A stretch of DNA of 64,000 nucleotides from Diadema antillarum. Taxonomy: Eukaryota. The first letter of the stretch is position 1. Each line of letters starts with the position of its first letter. Shown in pieces: positions 52,401 to 63,188 of the stretch. The stretch covers positions 868,001-932,000 of the forward strand of contig NW_027272008.1 in NCBI RefSeq assembly GCF_040938485.1, written 5' to 3'. The position numbers and the translations under genes are program-made. The notes beneath the pieces were generated by a model. The model did not search any database. It was not told the origin of the DNA and saw only the letters and a list, made by a program, of their open reading frames with translations.

Positions 52401-52489
52401 TTACATTCTTACCTTATGTAGTTTTCTGGAACCTTGGTGGCACCTTCAAAAGAACGTAAAACGGCGCGTAGCTTTTTGTTATTTGCCAT
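40286..52489 (-). CDS. MPHOSPH10: U3 snoRNP protein MPP10, 9 coding exons, 718 aa
   Basis: Exons total 2157 nt in one open frame. Motifs: [113 protein letters not shown]-terminal LKL. Confidence 0.96.
40717..40896. mobile_element. 180-bp TA-flanked MITE (intact form of the 17946 host)
   Basis: ta|CAGTCAACCTTGC..GGCAAGGTTGACTG|ta. Confidence 0.85.
41680..41913 (-). CDS. MPHOSPH10: MPHOSPH10 exon 8
   Basis: ctcag|[40 protein letters not shown]|gtgggt. Confidence 0.93.
42180..43288. mobile_element. 1.1-kb TTAA-flanked element, piggyBac-like termini
   Basis: ttaa|CTCTTAATGTGCC..GGCACGTTAAGAG|ttaa; 36-bp subterminal tandem containing palindrome gtcgccgatcggcgac. Confidence 0.7.
43354..43575 (-). 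CDS. MPHOSPH10: MPHOSPH10 exon 7
   Basis: tctag|[34 protein letters not shown]|gtgacc. Confidence 0.94.
44197..44402 (-). CDS. MPHOSPH10: MPHOSPH10 exon 6
   Basis: cacag|[27 protein letters not shown]|gtacag. Confidence 0.95.
45010..45151 (-). CDS. MPHOSPH10: MPHOSPH10 exon 5
   Basis: cgcag|[34 protein letters not shown]..|gtagga. Confidence 0.95.
46061..46160. repeat. 42-bp tandem repeat, about 2.3 copies
   Basis: cttgccgcatcagacata at 46061, 46103, 46145. Confidence 0.8.
46322..46508 (-). CDS. MPHOSPH10: MPHOSPH10 exon 4
   Basis: tcaag|[24 protein letters not shown]|gtatca; AAG acceptor inferred from phase. Confidence 0.87.
47215..47393 (-). CDS. MPHOSPH10: MPHOSPH10 exon 3
   Basis: aacag|[24 protein letters not shown]|gtattg. 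Confidence 0.9.
47964..48729 (-). CDS. MPHOSPH10: MPHOSPH10 exon 2
   Basis: tacag|[34 protein letters not shown]..acidic tract..IAAGK|gtacag. Confidence 0.94.
50345..51121. mobile_element. About 780-bp MITE, probably PIF/Harbinger-like
   Basis: gggcaattccgcagttag / ctaaccgcggaattgccc; internal gtaacgttactaacc repeated three times. Confidence 0.75.
52413..52489 (-). CDS. MPHOSPH10: MPHOSPH10 exon 1 (start codon)
   Basis: aaaATGG context; [27 protein letters not shown]|gtaaga; phase 2 fits exon 2; [10 protein letters not shown] resembles recalled human ATGRPECFLT. Confidence 0.87.
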
Positions 52490-52687
52490 TTTCGCAACAG
52501 CAACATGCTTTCATACACACGTGTGTACTTATCCGCTCGCGCTCATCGGTAATGCCGCTGCGCTGGTGTGTGCACAACACAAGCGCATGCAGCGAGCCGC
52601 TTATCGGTTTCCCTGATTCAGCCAGCTATCTGCATCATCCTGCCCCTGCTGGTGGTGTATGGTCAGTCCCGTGTATAGCCAGTGTCG
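52490..52687 (-). promoter_or_regulatory. CpG-rich putative MPHOSPH10 promoter/5' UTR
   Basis: Directly upstream of the ATG; CpG-rich; palindrome tacacacgtgtgta (E-box CACGTG 52518-52523); NRF1-like gcgcatgc near 52583. Confidence 0.55.
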
Positions 52688-52849
52688 NNNNNNNNNNNNN
52701 NNNNNNNNNNNNNNNNNNNNNNNNNNNNNNNNNNNNNNNNNNNNNNNNNNNNNNNNNNNNNNNNNNNNNNNNNNNNNNNNNNNNNNNNNNNNNNNNNNNN
52801 NNNNNNNNNNNNNNNNNNNNNNNNNNNNNNNNNNNNNNNNNNNNNNNNN
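52688..52849. other. Assembly gap (162 N)
   Basis: Run of n. Confidence 1.
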
Positions 52850-52872
52850 TAAGTGAGATAATGAGAAACCTC

Positions 52873-54673
52873 AATTTTTAAGAAAGGAGATAAAGTAATC
52901 CAGGTAATTATAGGTAATTATTATGGTAATTACAGACCAATTTCGATTTTACCGATAATAAGTAAATTATTTGAAAAGTTAATCAATAAACGTGTTGTAG
53001 ATTTTTTGGAAAAATATGAAAATTTATATAAACTTCATTGATTCAGGCATGGATACAGTACCAAACTTTCACTTATAAATCTTATTAATCAAATTACAAA
53101 TAGTACTGATGAAGGGCGGTCAACGGTCGGAGTTTTCATTGATTTTGCAAAAGCTTTTGATACGATAAATCATACAATTCTTCTTAAAAAGCTTGAACAT
53201 TACGGAATCCGAGGTTTAGCTTTACAATGGTTTAGGAATTATTTAAAAGACAGGCAACAATTTGTATGTTATAATGACTGCATATCTTCAAATAAATTGA
53301 TCTCGTGTGGTGTTCGTCAAGGATCTGTTTTGGGTCCAGCACTTTTTCTCATCTGTATTAATGATTTGCCCAATTCAACTTCATATTTTAATTGTAGATT
53401 ATTTGCCGATGATTCTAATCTTTTTCATACTTTCAATACAAATGAGCACAATATAAACTTAGCAGATGTTAGTAAGAATATGAAAGATGTGATTGCATGG
53501 TGTAATTCAAACAAGCTAACAGTTAATATTAATAAATATATTTAGTATATGATTTTCAAAAGCAGGCGTAGAAAAATTGAAATATTTGGTCAATTGTCGA
53601 TTAACGAATCCGTTTTAGAGTCAGATGATTCAATATCTTTTCTCGGAATCTGTATTGATGAAAACTTAAATTGGAAGAAACACATCAATAATGTATGCAA
53701 TGTTTTAAGCAAAAAAAAAATAGGAATTTTGTACAGAATACGACACTTCGTCTCTAAACAAATACTGCTACTCTTATACAATGCTTTTATTCTACCTCAT
53801 ATAACCTACGGATTGGAGGTCCGGGGCGGAACAAACAAAACTTTCTTAAATCCTATTCTAATTCTACAAAAGAGAATGTCGAGAGTGATAACATTCCAAA
53901 GTTTCAGGCATCACTCAGCAATTTTATTGTATGAACTAAAATTATTGGATGTATTTAAGGAACATAGATACCTAATTGGACTATTTATCTATGATCTATT
54001 GAATGATAACCTACCTCATAAAGAATCGTACTATTTTTCTCATATTGACCATACATACGAAACAATTCTAAGAAACAAAGAAATTTGCAATTTTAAACTA
54101 AAAACTGTCAGAACAGAATAAGGGAAGCGATCAATAGCATATTCAGGTGTCAAAATATGGAACAATCTTTTTGATTTATGTTATACATCCTCTCGTAAAA
54201 TTTTTTTTGTAAAGTCTTCAAGAAGAATTTATTGGAAGAATACACATAATTGGAATAAATTTGTTTATTGTAATCCACAAAGCAAAACTTCAATTCTAGT
54301 AATAAGTAATGTAAGTACACTTATCAATTTCAAAATGTTAATCTTGTACATATAGTGTAGATACACTTGTTTATAATGCAAATAATTTTCTTGTTGAATT
54401 TATATATTCTTCTTCTGTATTCAAGGGCCAACGTCCACTAGCGTTGTTATTTGTTGGACCCTTTTACCAAATTTGTAAATACAGTATATGTTTGCACTTT
54501 CATATTCATATTGTTGATAAGTTTGATTCTATACTTTCATGTCTTGTATTCCTGTTAATTGTATTATTATTATTGTATTCTCAATGATTGTATAGATTGT
54601 CTGTGATTGTAAACTTGTAAACTTGAACTTAAATTTGGTAATAAAAATCATTCATTCATTCATTCATTCATTC
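52873..54673 (+). mobile_element. 5'-truncated, decayed CR1/L2-clade LINE (RT domain plus 3' UTR)
   Basis: Peptides YRPISILPIISKLFEK, VFIDFAKAFDTINH, GVRQGSVLGPALF, LFADDSN, LNWKKHI; frameshifts and stops; aataaaa then (CATT)n tail. Confidence 0.9.
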
Positions 54674-55300
54674 TTATGAAATATGAAAGAACATGTAATT
54701 TTAAGAAGGATTCAACGTTTATTTGATGAAAATTGGTTTTCAAATGGCTGGGATATCCAAAAAAGTGATAATAATAAAAGGCGACAGGCCACGCCTTTTA
54801 TTAGGATCTCTTTGTTTCACCTTGTTTTTGGATATCTCAGCCATTTCAAAACCGATTTTCATCAAATAAACTTTTGATACCCCTTAGAATTGCATGCTTT
54901 TTGACATCTCCAGAGTGGTTTCTAAATATCTCGCAAAACGTTAAAAGCTAAATCCTCACCTCAACCAGAACTGTACACACCCTTTAATTGATTAATTGGT
55001 TGATTGATTGATTGATAGATTGATTTTGTTTGAATCTTTTTCTTTTGAGCCAAATAAAAGACAGAGCTAAAAGTTACTGCTATGAAGACATTAATGACTG
55101 TAGGCCTAACGTATTTTCAAGCGTGCTTGATGGAGGATCCAGTGGTGTCCTGCGCACGGGGCCGGGAGTGGGAGATGGGGTAAAAACTGTCACATTTGCA
55201 GCTCCTTCTTGAAGACCCTATAAGAAAATATTTGTCACAAACGTGGTAGGTAGCATCCTTACAGGGAAATAGAAACTCATTTTGTTAGAAGGAGCGCCAA

Positions 55301-55844
55301 AGCCCTTTTTACACTTGTGTTTCTTAACCCCGTACTTTCTCTGACCCAGGACTATCGTTAGTCCCGTACCAACTTTTTCAGCTTTTTACACTCGCCAATA
55401 AGTCCCGTACTAACTCTTGTCCGGGGCCAAGGAGAAAATTGACCTTTTTACACTCGTATTTCTTAGTCCGGTACTTTCCAAACCACATGAATATTCATGA
55501 TTACGCTGTACACTGTACACATACACGCACACACCGGCAGCGCTTAGATTATCTCGTTTCTGATTGGTCAGTGGGGGTCGGACTACGTCTCCGTCGCTTA
55601 GCCCCGGATTATTTTTTAGTTCTGTTTACACTCGCTTGCTTGGCACCGCAATTGCGGTGCTAACCCTGCTATTTTGCAGGGCCAGATGGTACGGGAGTAT
55701 CGGTAGGGCTAGCCCACTTTGGCAAAAACGAGTGTAAACAGAAAGTGGGCTAAGGAAAGTCCGGTACCAACGGTGGGGCTAAGGCCCCCCTAGCCCCACC
55801 GTTGGTACGGGACTAAGCAAAAAATTGCAAGTGTAAAAAGCCCT
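55301..55844. mobile_element. Harbinger-like MITE with internal tttacactcg repeats
   Basis: ..tttttacacttg / caagtgtaaaaag.. termini; ttagtcccgtaccaac / gttggtacgggactaa. Confidence 0.7.
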
Positions 55845-57361
55845 CAAGTCCGGTGGAGGGGCAAAGGGATTGTTAGAAGGAAAATCGAACTATAGGTGAC
55901 GACAGACAAGAGATTTCCCATCATAGTCCTGATAGTAATGATCAGCTACAGACCCTATCATGTTCATGCAAATCAGATGAAAATGATGCCGTTGAAGCTC
56001 AAAATCATTCCCTCTCCTGCATAAATCCTCATTATTTATAATTCTTTTTTTTTTTTTTTTTTTTTGCTGATGTGAACAGACAGGTTCTGTAAATGTATAT
56101 TCCGATTTCTTGCATACTAGTACTTTGTTCACAAAAGTTGCCCTTAACAACCACAAAGCTTGTCGGAGGCTTCCCTATACCTAGCAACAACTAAGTAAAT
56201 TCCAGTCTACATAAGGAGCACGTGAATGAAATTCTTCGTTACTATAGGCTGTAGGAAACGAAACATCCATTGTAGTTGTAATACATTGAAACGGCCCCTA
56301 TTGGACGTTGAGAAAATATCAAATCCTTCACTTCACTTTTTTTGACGAATTTGAAGGTAAAGGAGACATATTTACAATATTGGTTTCCAGTATTGGTATC
56401 GATTGCGGGAAAGTTGGTTATAACAACTGTCATAATTATTTTTGTCTCTTACAGATCTATAGGTTATTCATCCAGTCTACGACGGCAGCATGCTGAGCAC
56501 CCGATGACGTGTAACCATGCGAGACTCGTCAACGCCCAGACGCCCACAGAACTGAACCATCTTCGACAACAAGGGCGTCCCCTCCTCCCACTTTTTCGCG
56601 TTGGTCAACATAATCGTGCAGACGACTTCACGATTCTTGGTAACGTATTTATAAAGGTCGCGTATAAACACTAGATCATATCAAGCCAACGCATGCCCAA
56701 CGAATTCGAATATTTGAAAATATGTTCAAATCCGTTGCTAATACTATAGTAGTTCGTAACATGTTTGACGTTCTTTGTATCCTATAGCTCTTCGTTTACA
56801 TGTATTTGTTTTTTCGTCTTGTTCAAAATAAAACATCGGCTCTAGAGAATCTCTACGAATCGCGATGTTGCGAAGTTTTCTATCATTCATGGTATTAGCA
56901 CCCGATGAGAACTTTCAAATTCGTTGGACATTCGTTGGCTCGATGTTCCGAATGTGACGATGCATTAAACAGAGCGACGTCTTAAACTCCCTCAACTCCA
57001 TCCAATATAACTTTCTACCTTGTGATGGAAATGTGAAATAAAGGATGAATAACGATTTAAAGGACAAACAAAAACGGACCATTTTCACTTGCCATCACAT
57101 TTACGTAGGGCTTCTGTTGAAATAATTTGCACGGTTTTCATGTAGGCAATACTAGTATTCAAATTTACGTTCCACTATCGATTTTGGCATTTCCTAATAC
57201 AGTAGACGATGTAAATCTGACATATTTAAGTTAAGACTGGATGAAAAACGGCTCTCCGAGCATAGACCTGTCTCTTCATTGGTTTTGATTCTGTTCCCCA
57301 GAAACCAACAAAACGAACTGGCGACGTGTTTTGTGATGCAAGGTCACGAACAGCTAATGGC

Positions 57362-57548
57362 GAACTTAAGATGTGCGACGCAAATGCTAAGACCACGCTA
57401 ATTATTTCATTTCATTTCATTGCATTTATTTCATTTCCAACAACATTTTCATGAACTTAAGATGTGCGACGCAAATGCTAAGACCACGCTAATTATTTCA
57501 TTTCATTTCATTTCATTTATTTCATTTCCAACAACATTTTCATACACA
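57362..57548. repeat. 91-bp direct duplication spanning a (TTTCA)n LINE-like tail
   Basis: gaacttaagatgtgcgacgcaaatgc at 57362 and 57453. Confidence 0.85.
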
Positions 57549-58148
57549 AAATAACACAACATCAATGCAATGTAGTAACAAAGAAAAATACGTGAAGTTG
57601 ACAATACTACGCATCACAAAAGCAAAGTAGACAATGAAAATTGAATTGAAACTAAAGTTGCAGGAAATGGAGGAGACATGCTAAAAAGCTAAGCTTGTAT
57701 TTTGCAGTCTCCTCGTGGACAAAAAGACTAAATAACATCAAAAAGCAATTAGCTAGACATAATACAAAAGGTGTATGACACATACAGACCTATACATATA
57801 AACAAACAAACAAACAGACGGACAAACAAACACAAGCAACCTCTCTTGTAAAAAGAGAAAGATAGAGAGAGAAAAAAAATTATAGACCCCGCCCCCCCAA
57901 AAAAAAAGTGATAGTGTTCTGCACATGCTCTATACAACTGTTTCTATCGTCCAACCAGGGAAGTAGCGTCGTCTTAGCGTTCGCGTCCCAGATCTAAAGC
58001 TTGCTAACTAATATCAATGACATGTTTTCAGATTATCTTCTGTCAGGTTCTTATCCACCCGCCTGAATCCGTGGTTGCCTGGAGACGTTTAGCTGAACAA
58101 CGCAGAAGAACGAGAAGCACCCACGAATGACCACAGCTTCATCTTTGA

Positions 58149-58318
58149 GGTCCCGTCACACTATAGAACAAAATGTCCAACGATTTCGAAAATTTGAAAA
58201 TACGGTCGCACCCCTCGCTTATAATAGAGTAGTGCGTAAAGTTTATGAATTCACAGAGATACGATAGCTGGTGTGGGTGTTTTTTTTTATGGATACTTTC
58301 AAAAAGTGTGACGGGGCC
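58149..58318. mobile_element. Short MITE
   Basis: ggtcccgtcacact / agtgtgacggggcc. Confidence 0.6.
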
Positions 58319-58548
58319 TTAAATGGCTGAAATTGGCCAACATCTGATGTACATCTTTACAGTAGTGTTCCATTTTATCAATCCCTGGTCAGGCATCAAG
58401 TCTTTGGTAGCATGGATTGCTTCGTGGACTTCGTGTAGACGTCTGGCATTATTGATTGCAATAAAGGAAAACAAGTTACAAATTAAAGTTCACTGTATAT
58501 AAAGAACCTCTTCAGTCTTGTAATTTGTGTGCAGGTTCTGCTATTCTA

Positions 58549-59621
58549 CAGTGCGTATCAAAAAAACGCAACAAGATTTGATTTCAAATTTGTGAAGATT
58601 GTGTTAACTTTACACCAAAGTGAGTAGCAGCATCTTAAAACCACATGTCTCCTCTTTTCAATGATATTTTATTTATTCATACATGGTCATGGATGGCTGA
58701 GTAATCATTATTTTTGGACAATGGGTCAAATTAGACTTGGGACCAAGTTTAGACACTGCAAGAATCAATGCACCTTATAAGAAATTAACTTAACAAATGG
58801 AATAATGAAATGAATACTCGCAACTTACCATTGTCTTCTTTCGGATATTTCTTTTTAACATTACATCCCATGCCCCTCAACATGGCCACCATTCCTTTCC
58901 ACACAGAGATTAGCTCTTTTCTTCATCTCACGCACAGCCCTGTGAATCATTGGGGCTTGGTGGCGTATAGAGCTTCAAACTCATCAGTGATTCTTTGTCT
59001 CGGAGTTCAGGTGGAGGGGTAATGAACACTTTGCTCTTGAGATAACCCCAAGGAAAAACTCAGAACAAGTCAGATCCGGAGATCGTGGTGGCCTCTCCAC
59101 ATCATGATACAAGGCAATCACCCAATTTTCAAATACCTCAGCCAATCTATTTCTTTGTACTGCACAGTGTAACTAGTCGATGGGCTGGTGTGCCACCCTG
59201 TGCCCACCATAGGCGTCTGAACACAGCCCTTTGTTGCACAGAAAAATTTTCCATTAATTCAGGAATCACATGTTCATTTAAAATTTGTAAGTATCCATTT
59301 CCGTTCATGTTGTTTTCAAAGAAGAAGGGCCCTAGGAGCAAACCGTTTCCACAAAGTCCAGCCCAGACATTCAGCGTTTCTCTACGAAAATCGACGTCAT
59401 AGTTAAATGCAGAAATTGAAACTTGGTCCCAAGTCCAATTTCACCCATTGTCCAAAAAGAATGATTACTCAGCCATCCATGATCGTGTAAGAAAAATTAA
59501 GATATCATTGGAAAGAGGAGATATGTAGCTTTAAGATGTTGCTACTCACTTTGGTGTAAAGTTAACACAATCTTCACAAAGTCGAAATTAAATCTTGTTG
59601 CGCTTTTTTTGATACGCACTG
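58549..59621 (-). mobile_element. Internally deleted Tc1/mariner transposon with about 200-bp TIRs and transposase remnant
   Basis: ta|CAGTGCGTATCAAAAAAA..TTTTTTTGATACGCACTG|ta; minus-strand LLGPFFFE..YLQILNEHVIPEL..WWAQGGTPAH and PDLT..GYLKSKVF..RANLCVERNGGHVEG. Confidence 0.88.
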
Positions 59622-59738
59622 TATATTATGTTTGTGTGCAGCCATTTCATTTTGTAGGGTAACAAAATGAAATGAAAGTAAAGTTTATTTTGGCCAGTCT
59701 TGTAATTTCAGGAGTGTCGTGTGACGATGCAGAGTATC

Positions 59739-60010
59739 GACCGATGTGTTGACTCAGTAAGTAGAGCGGCTGCCTCACAATCGGGAGGTCGTGGGTTCGA
59801 ACCCCGGCCGCGTCATACCAAAAGACGTTAAAAGATGGGAGTTGCTGCTACCTTGTTTGCAGCCGTTCAACAGGTGAAAAGGTTAGAGCAACGTCGATCT
59901 GGCGCTGCTCAGTGGCTGCCGGGCCCACGATCAATTGGGCAAAAAAGAATTTCCATTTTCGGACAATAAAATTTGGAGTTTATATCCAAAACAACTATTA
60001 TTATTATTAT
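59739..60010 (+). mobile_element. tRNA-derived SINE
   Basis: A-box-like tgactcagtaag, B box GGTTCGAACCC (59794), (ATT)n tail. Confidence 0.75.
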
Positions 60011-60572
60011 CCCATTTCATTTATATACAGAGTTTACAAAATGAAATGAATGGAAAAGTCTTATCATCCGACTTGTACAGTGCAGAGTGTAAAAAAATAT
60101 GACACCCATTTCATTTTGTGTACAGAGTATACAAAATGAAATGGATGAGAAATACGTCTTATCCGACTTGTACAGTGCAGTGTAAAAATGTGACATCTAT
60201 TTTATTGTGTATACAGAGTATACACAATGAAATGGATGGGGAAAACGTCTTATCATCCGACTTGTACAGTGCAGAGTGTAAAAAAAATATGACACCCATT
60301 TCATTTTGTATACAGAGTATACAAAATGAAATGGATGAGAAAAACGTCTTATCCGACTTGTACAGTGCAGTGTAAAAATGTGACATCTATTTCATTGTGT
60401 ATACAGAGTATACACAATGAAATGGATGGGAAAAACGTCTTATCATCCGACTTGTACAGTGCAGAGTGTAAAAATGTGACATCTATTTCATTGTGTATAC
60501 AGAGTATACACAATGAAATGGATGGGGAAAACGACTTATCCTCCGACTTGTACAGTGCAGGGTGTAAAATGT
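60011..60572. repeat. About 95-bp minisatellite x6, each unit with a long hairpin
   Basis: gacttgtacagtgcag at 60070/60165/60259/60355/60449/60545. Confidence 0.92.
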
Positions 60573-60574
60573 GA

Positions 60575-60772
60575 CAAGAGTGTGCCAGACCCAGGGGGTG
60601 TGGTGTGGTGTGGTGTGGTGTGCCAAGAGTGTGCCAGACCCAGGGGGTGTGGTGTGGCAAGAGTGTACCAGACCCAGGGGGTGTGGTGTGGTGTGGTGTG
60701 GCAAGAGTGTGCCAGACCCAGGGGGTGTGGTGTGGTGTGGCAAGAGTGTGCCAGACCCAGGAGGTGTGGTGT
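60575..60772. repeat. Compound minisatellite: 24-bp core plus variable (GGTGT)n, 5 units
   Basis: caagagtg at 60575/60624/60658/60702/60741. Confidence 0.9.
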
Positions 60773-60794
60773 CAACCTTCTCTTGTGCTGGTGG

Positions 60795-61235
60795 GGAGGG
60801 GGGGGGGGGGGAGAACTTCCTTGGGGGTGGGGGAATATTGTTATGGTGGGGGTGGTGTGGGGGAACATCCTCGTTGTGGGGGTGGGGGAATATCGTTATG
60901 GTGGGGGTGGGGTGGGGAAATATCCTCGTGGGGGGGGGGGCGAGAACATCCTCACGGGTGTAGTATGGGGGAAATATCCTCATGATTGGGATTGTGGGGG
61001 TGAGAACATCCTCATGGTGCAGGGGTGGCTGCGAGAATATCCTCGTGGTTGGTGGTGGGGGCGAGAACAGAGTCATGGTGGGGTGGGGTGGGATGGGGGC
61101 GAGAACATCCTCATGGCTGGATGGGATGGGGACGAGAACATCCGCATGGTTGGTGGTTGGGGCGAGAACAGCCTCATTTTGGGGGGATGGGGCGAGAACT
61201 TCCTTAGGGGCGGGCAAGAACATCCTCACGGGAGG
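60795..61235. repeat. Degenerate G-rich tandem repeat (gggcgagaacatcctc core, about 30-38 bp)
   Basis: About 12 decayed units with G runs on the + strand. Confidence 0.8.
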
Positions 61236-62795
61236 GCAAAAACATTCTCATTCACATTTCTGTGAATATTCATTTTTGATAGGAGAAAATCCAAAAATTT
61301 GACCCAAAGTGCGCACCAGGTCACTGATTTTCAGGTCTAAAAATACAAAATCTCCCTCATGTGGGAGGGGGGATACCTGGCCTCTGCCCCCTTGCAATGC
61401 ACCCCCTCCCCAGCTCCCTCGCACATTAACTTGTAAGTTTTGCCTCCAAATGTCATCATCCTTGTTTAGTGTATTGCGTGTTGGGTTTTTTCAGAGTATT
61501 GATCTATTTTATGGCATTACCTATCTATGTACTTCATGATGTACAATTATATCGATCGTCTGGAATGCCCCTTTAATTATCATTCTTGTAATCCTTACAA
61601 ATACATGTATTGCGCTTGCCAACACATCCACTAGCAGCAAACCTGGTATACACTATTGATAGGGGAAAAAAAGCCGATATTACATTCAATGCGATAGCGC
61701 TCATCGGCTATGACGTCATAAACGGCAGTAAATTAAAGTGGTGAAACATTTGTCATGTTAATTATCATTGTCCTGCCGTCTGAAAGATACCTGTACGTCT
61801 ATGTGCTCTTTCATTAAGCTGAAAATTCAAATTATTTTGAAATCATCTTTATACCGTTGCTCTACATGCTTCGAGTAAACCGAGATGATTTACGCAAGAA
61901 AGCAAATTTCAGTGTCGCGAAAATCAGTCTAAAATCAATGACAAAAACGATGATGATAATGACGACTGCTGCTGGAAAAGATGAAACAGACGAATAAAGA
62001 TAAAAGGAAGAAATGACGAAAGAAGGAAGAGAGTGGTATATTAGTAGATTTGTAAACATAAAAATTATTCATTCACTGTATATTCCAAAGAAACCGCTGA
62101 ACTATCTGGTATAAAATGACCAACACACATTTATGTCCGACATATATCATTAAAACGTCATCTCTATGTCATTGCTCCATCTCTTAGCATCTGGAAATGA
62201 AATGTGTGTGTGTGTGTGTGTGGAGGTTGGGATGTATACTTCAGCCCATTCTTATACGGTAACATGTTCGATCTTTTGTTGTTTTTGTTGTATCCCCTTT
62301 ACTTTCCGCTGAACTGAATTGTCATTAACTATCGATAACTGGAGCTTCAAGAGAATACATCGACATGGTATGCCATTCAGAGGGAGACAATAGGTTTTAT
62401 TATTTCGTATCCTTTGGTGTATCGTTATTTCTTATAAGAGTGGTCTGTTCATTCACCTGGCCCAGAAGGCCTTATTGTGTTTTGAAATGAAATGTGATTT
62501 TGAGGTCCTACCAAAAGACATTCATTTGAAATGCCGATTTTTGTTTCTCTTTTTGTATTCTGGCGAACAAAATGTTTCATTAATTTTGTTTGCATATCTT
62601 TGTTGTGACTTTGAATGGTTGTACTTTATTTGCATTGTAAAAAAGTATAAGCATAACTTATGGGTGTACTAGTATTCGAAATTGTTTTTTGTTACCCTCC
62701 ACATTCAAGATAATTATCTGCATGTAACTATGACTGAATATTGTTATCAAAATTAAAGTGTAGGACCTAGGCTAACCGATGACTTGTGAGCTTAA

Positions 62796-63188
62796 AGGGA
62801 TGGTACAGTATTGCTGGAGATGAAAATATGGCTTTAACTTTTTTTTTGCGAGATACCAAGAAAACACCTGTGAAATAGTACAGAGCATACCATTTTAAGA
62901 GGAATTCAAAGTTTATTTGATGAAAATCGGGTTTGGAATAGCTGAAACATCCAAAAACAAAGTAAAACAAAACGATCGTAATAATATGTGGGTCCCACAC
63001 TTTACTAGGATCTCTCTGTTTTGGATATCTCAGCCATTTCAAAATCAATTTTCATCAAATAAACGATGAAATCTTTATGGAATTACATGCTCTTTTATAT
63101 TTCATAAGAGGTTTCTCACTATCTCACCAAAAAAAAATTAACGATAAAAACCTGAAAGTTAAGTCTCAACCAAAACTATACAAACCCT
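62796..63188. mobile_element. TTAA-flanked MITE (33419 family)
   Basis: ttaa|AGGGATGG..ACCCT|ttaa; high similarity to 33419-33800. Confidence 0.85.

Noticed and set aside
52390-52881. ORFs spanning the N run
   Set aside because: Created by the assembly gap.
53297-54121. RT ORFs as a host gene
   Set aside because: Frameshifted fragments of a 5'-truncated LINE.
60326-61302. Long Pro/His/Gly/Cys-rich ORFs up to 250 aa on both strands
   Set aside because: They are translations of the minisatellites; open in several frames, with no splice or homology support.
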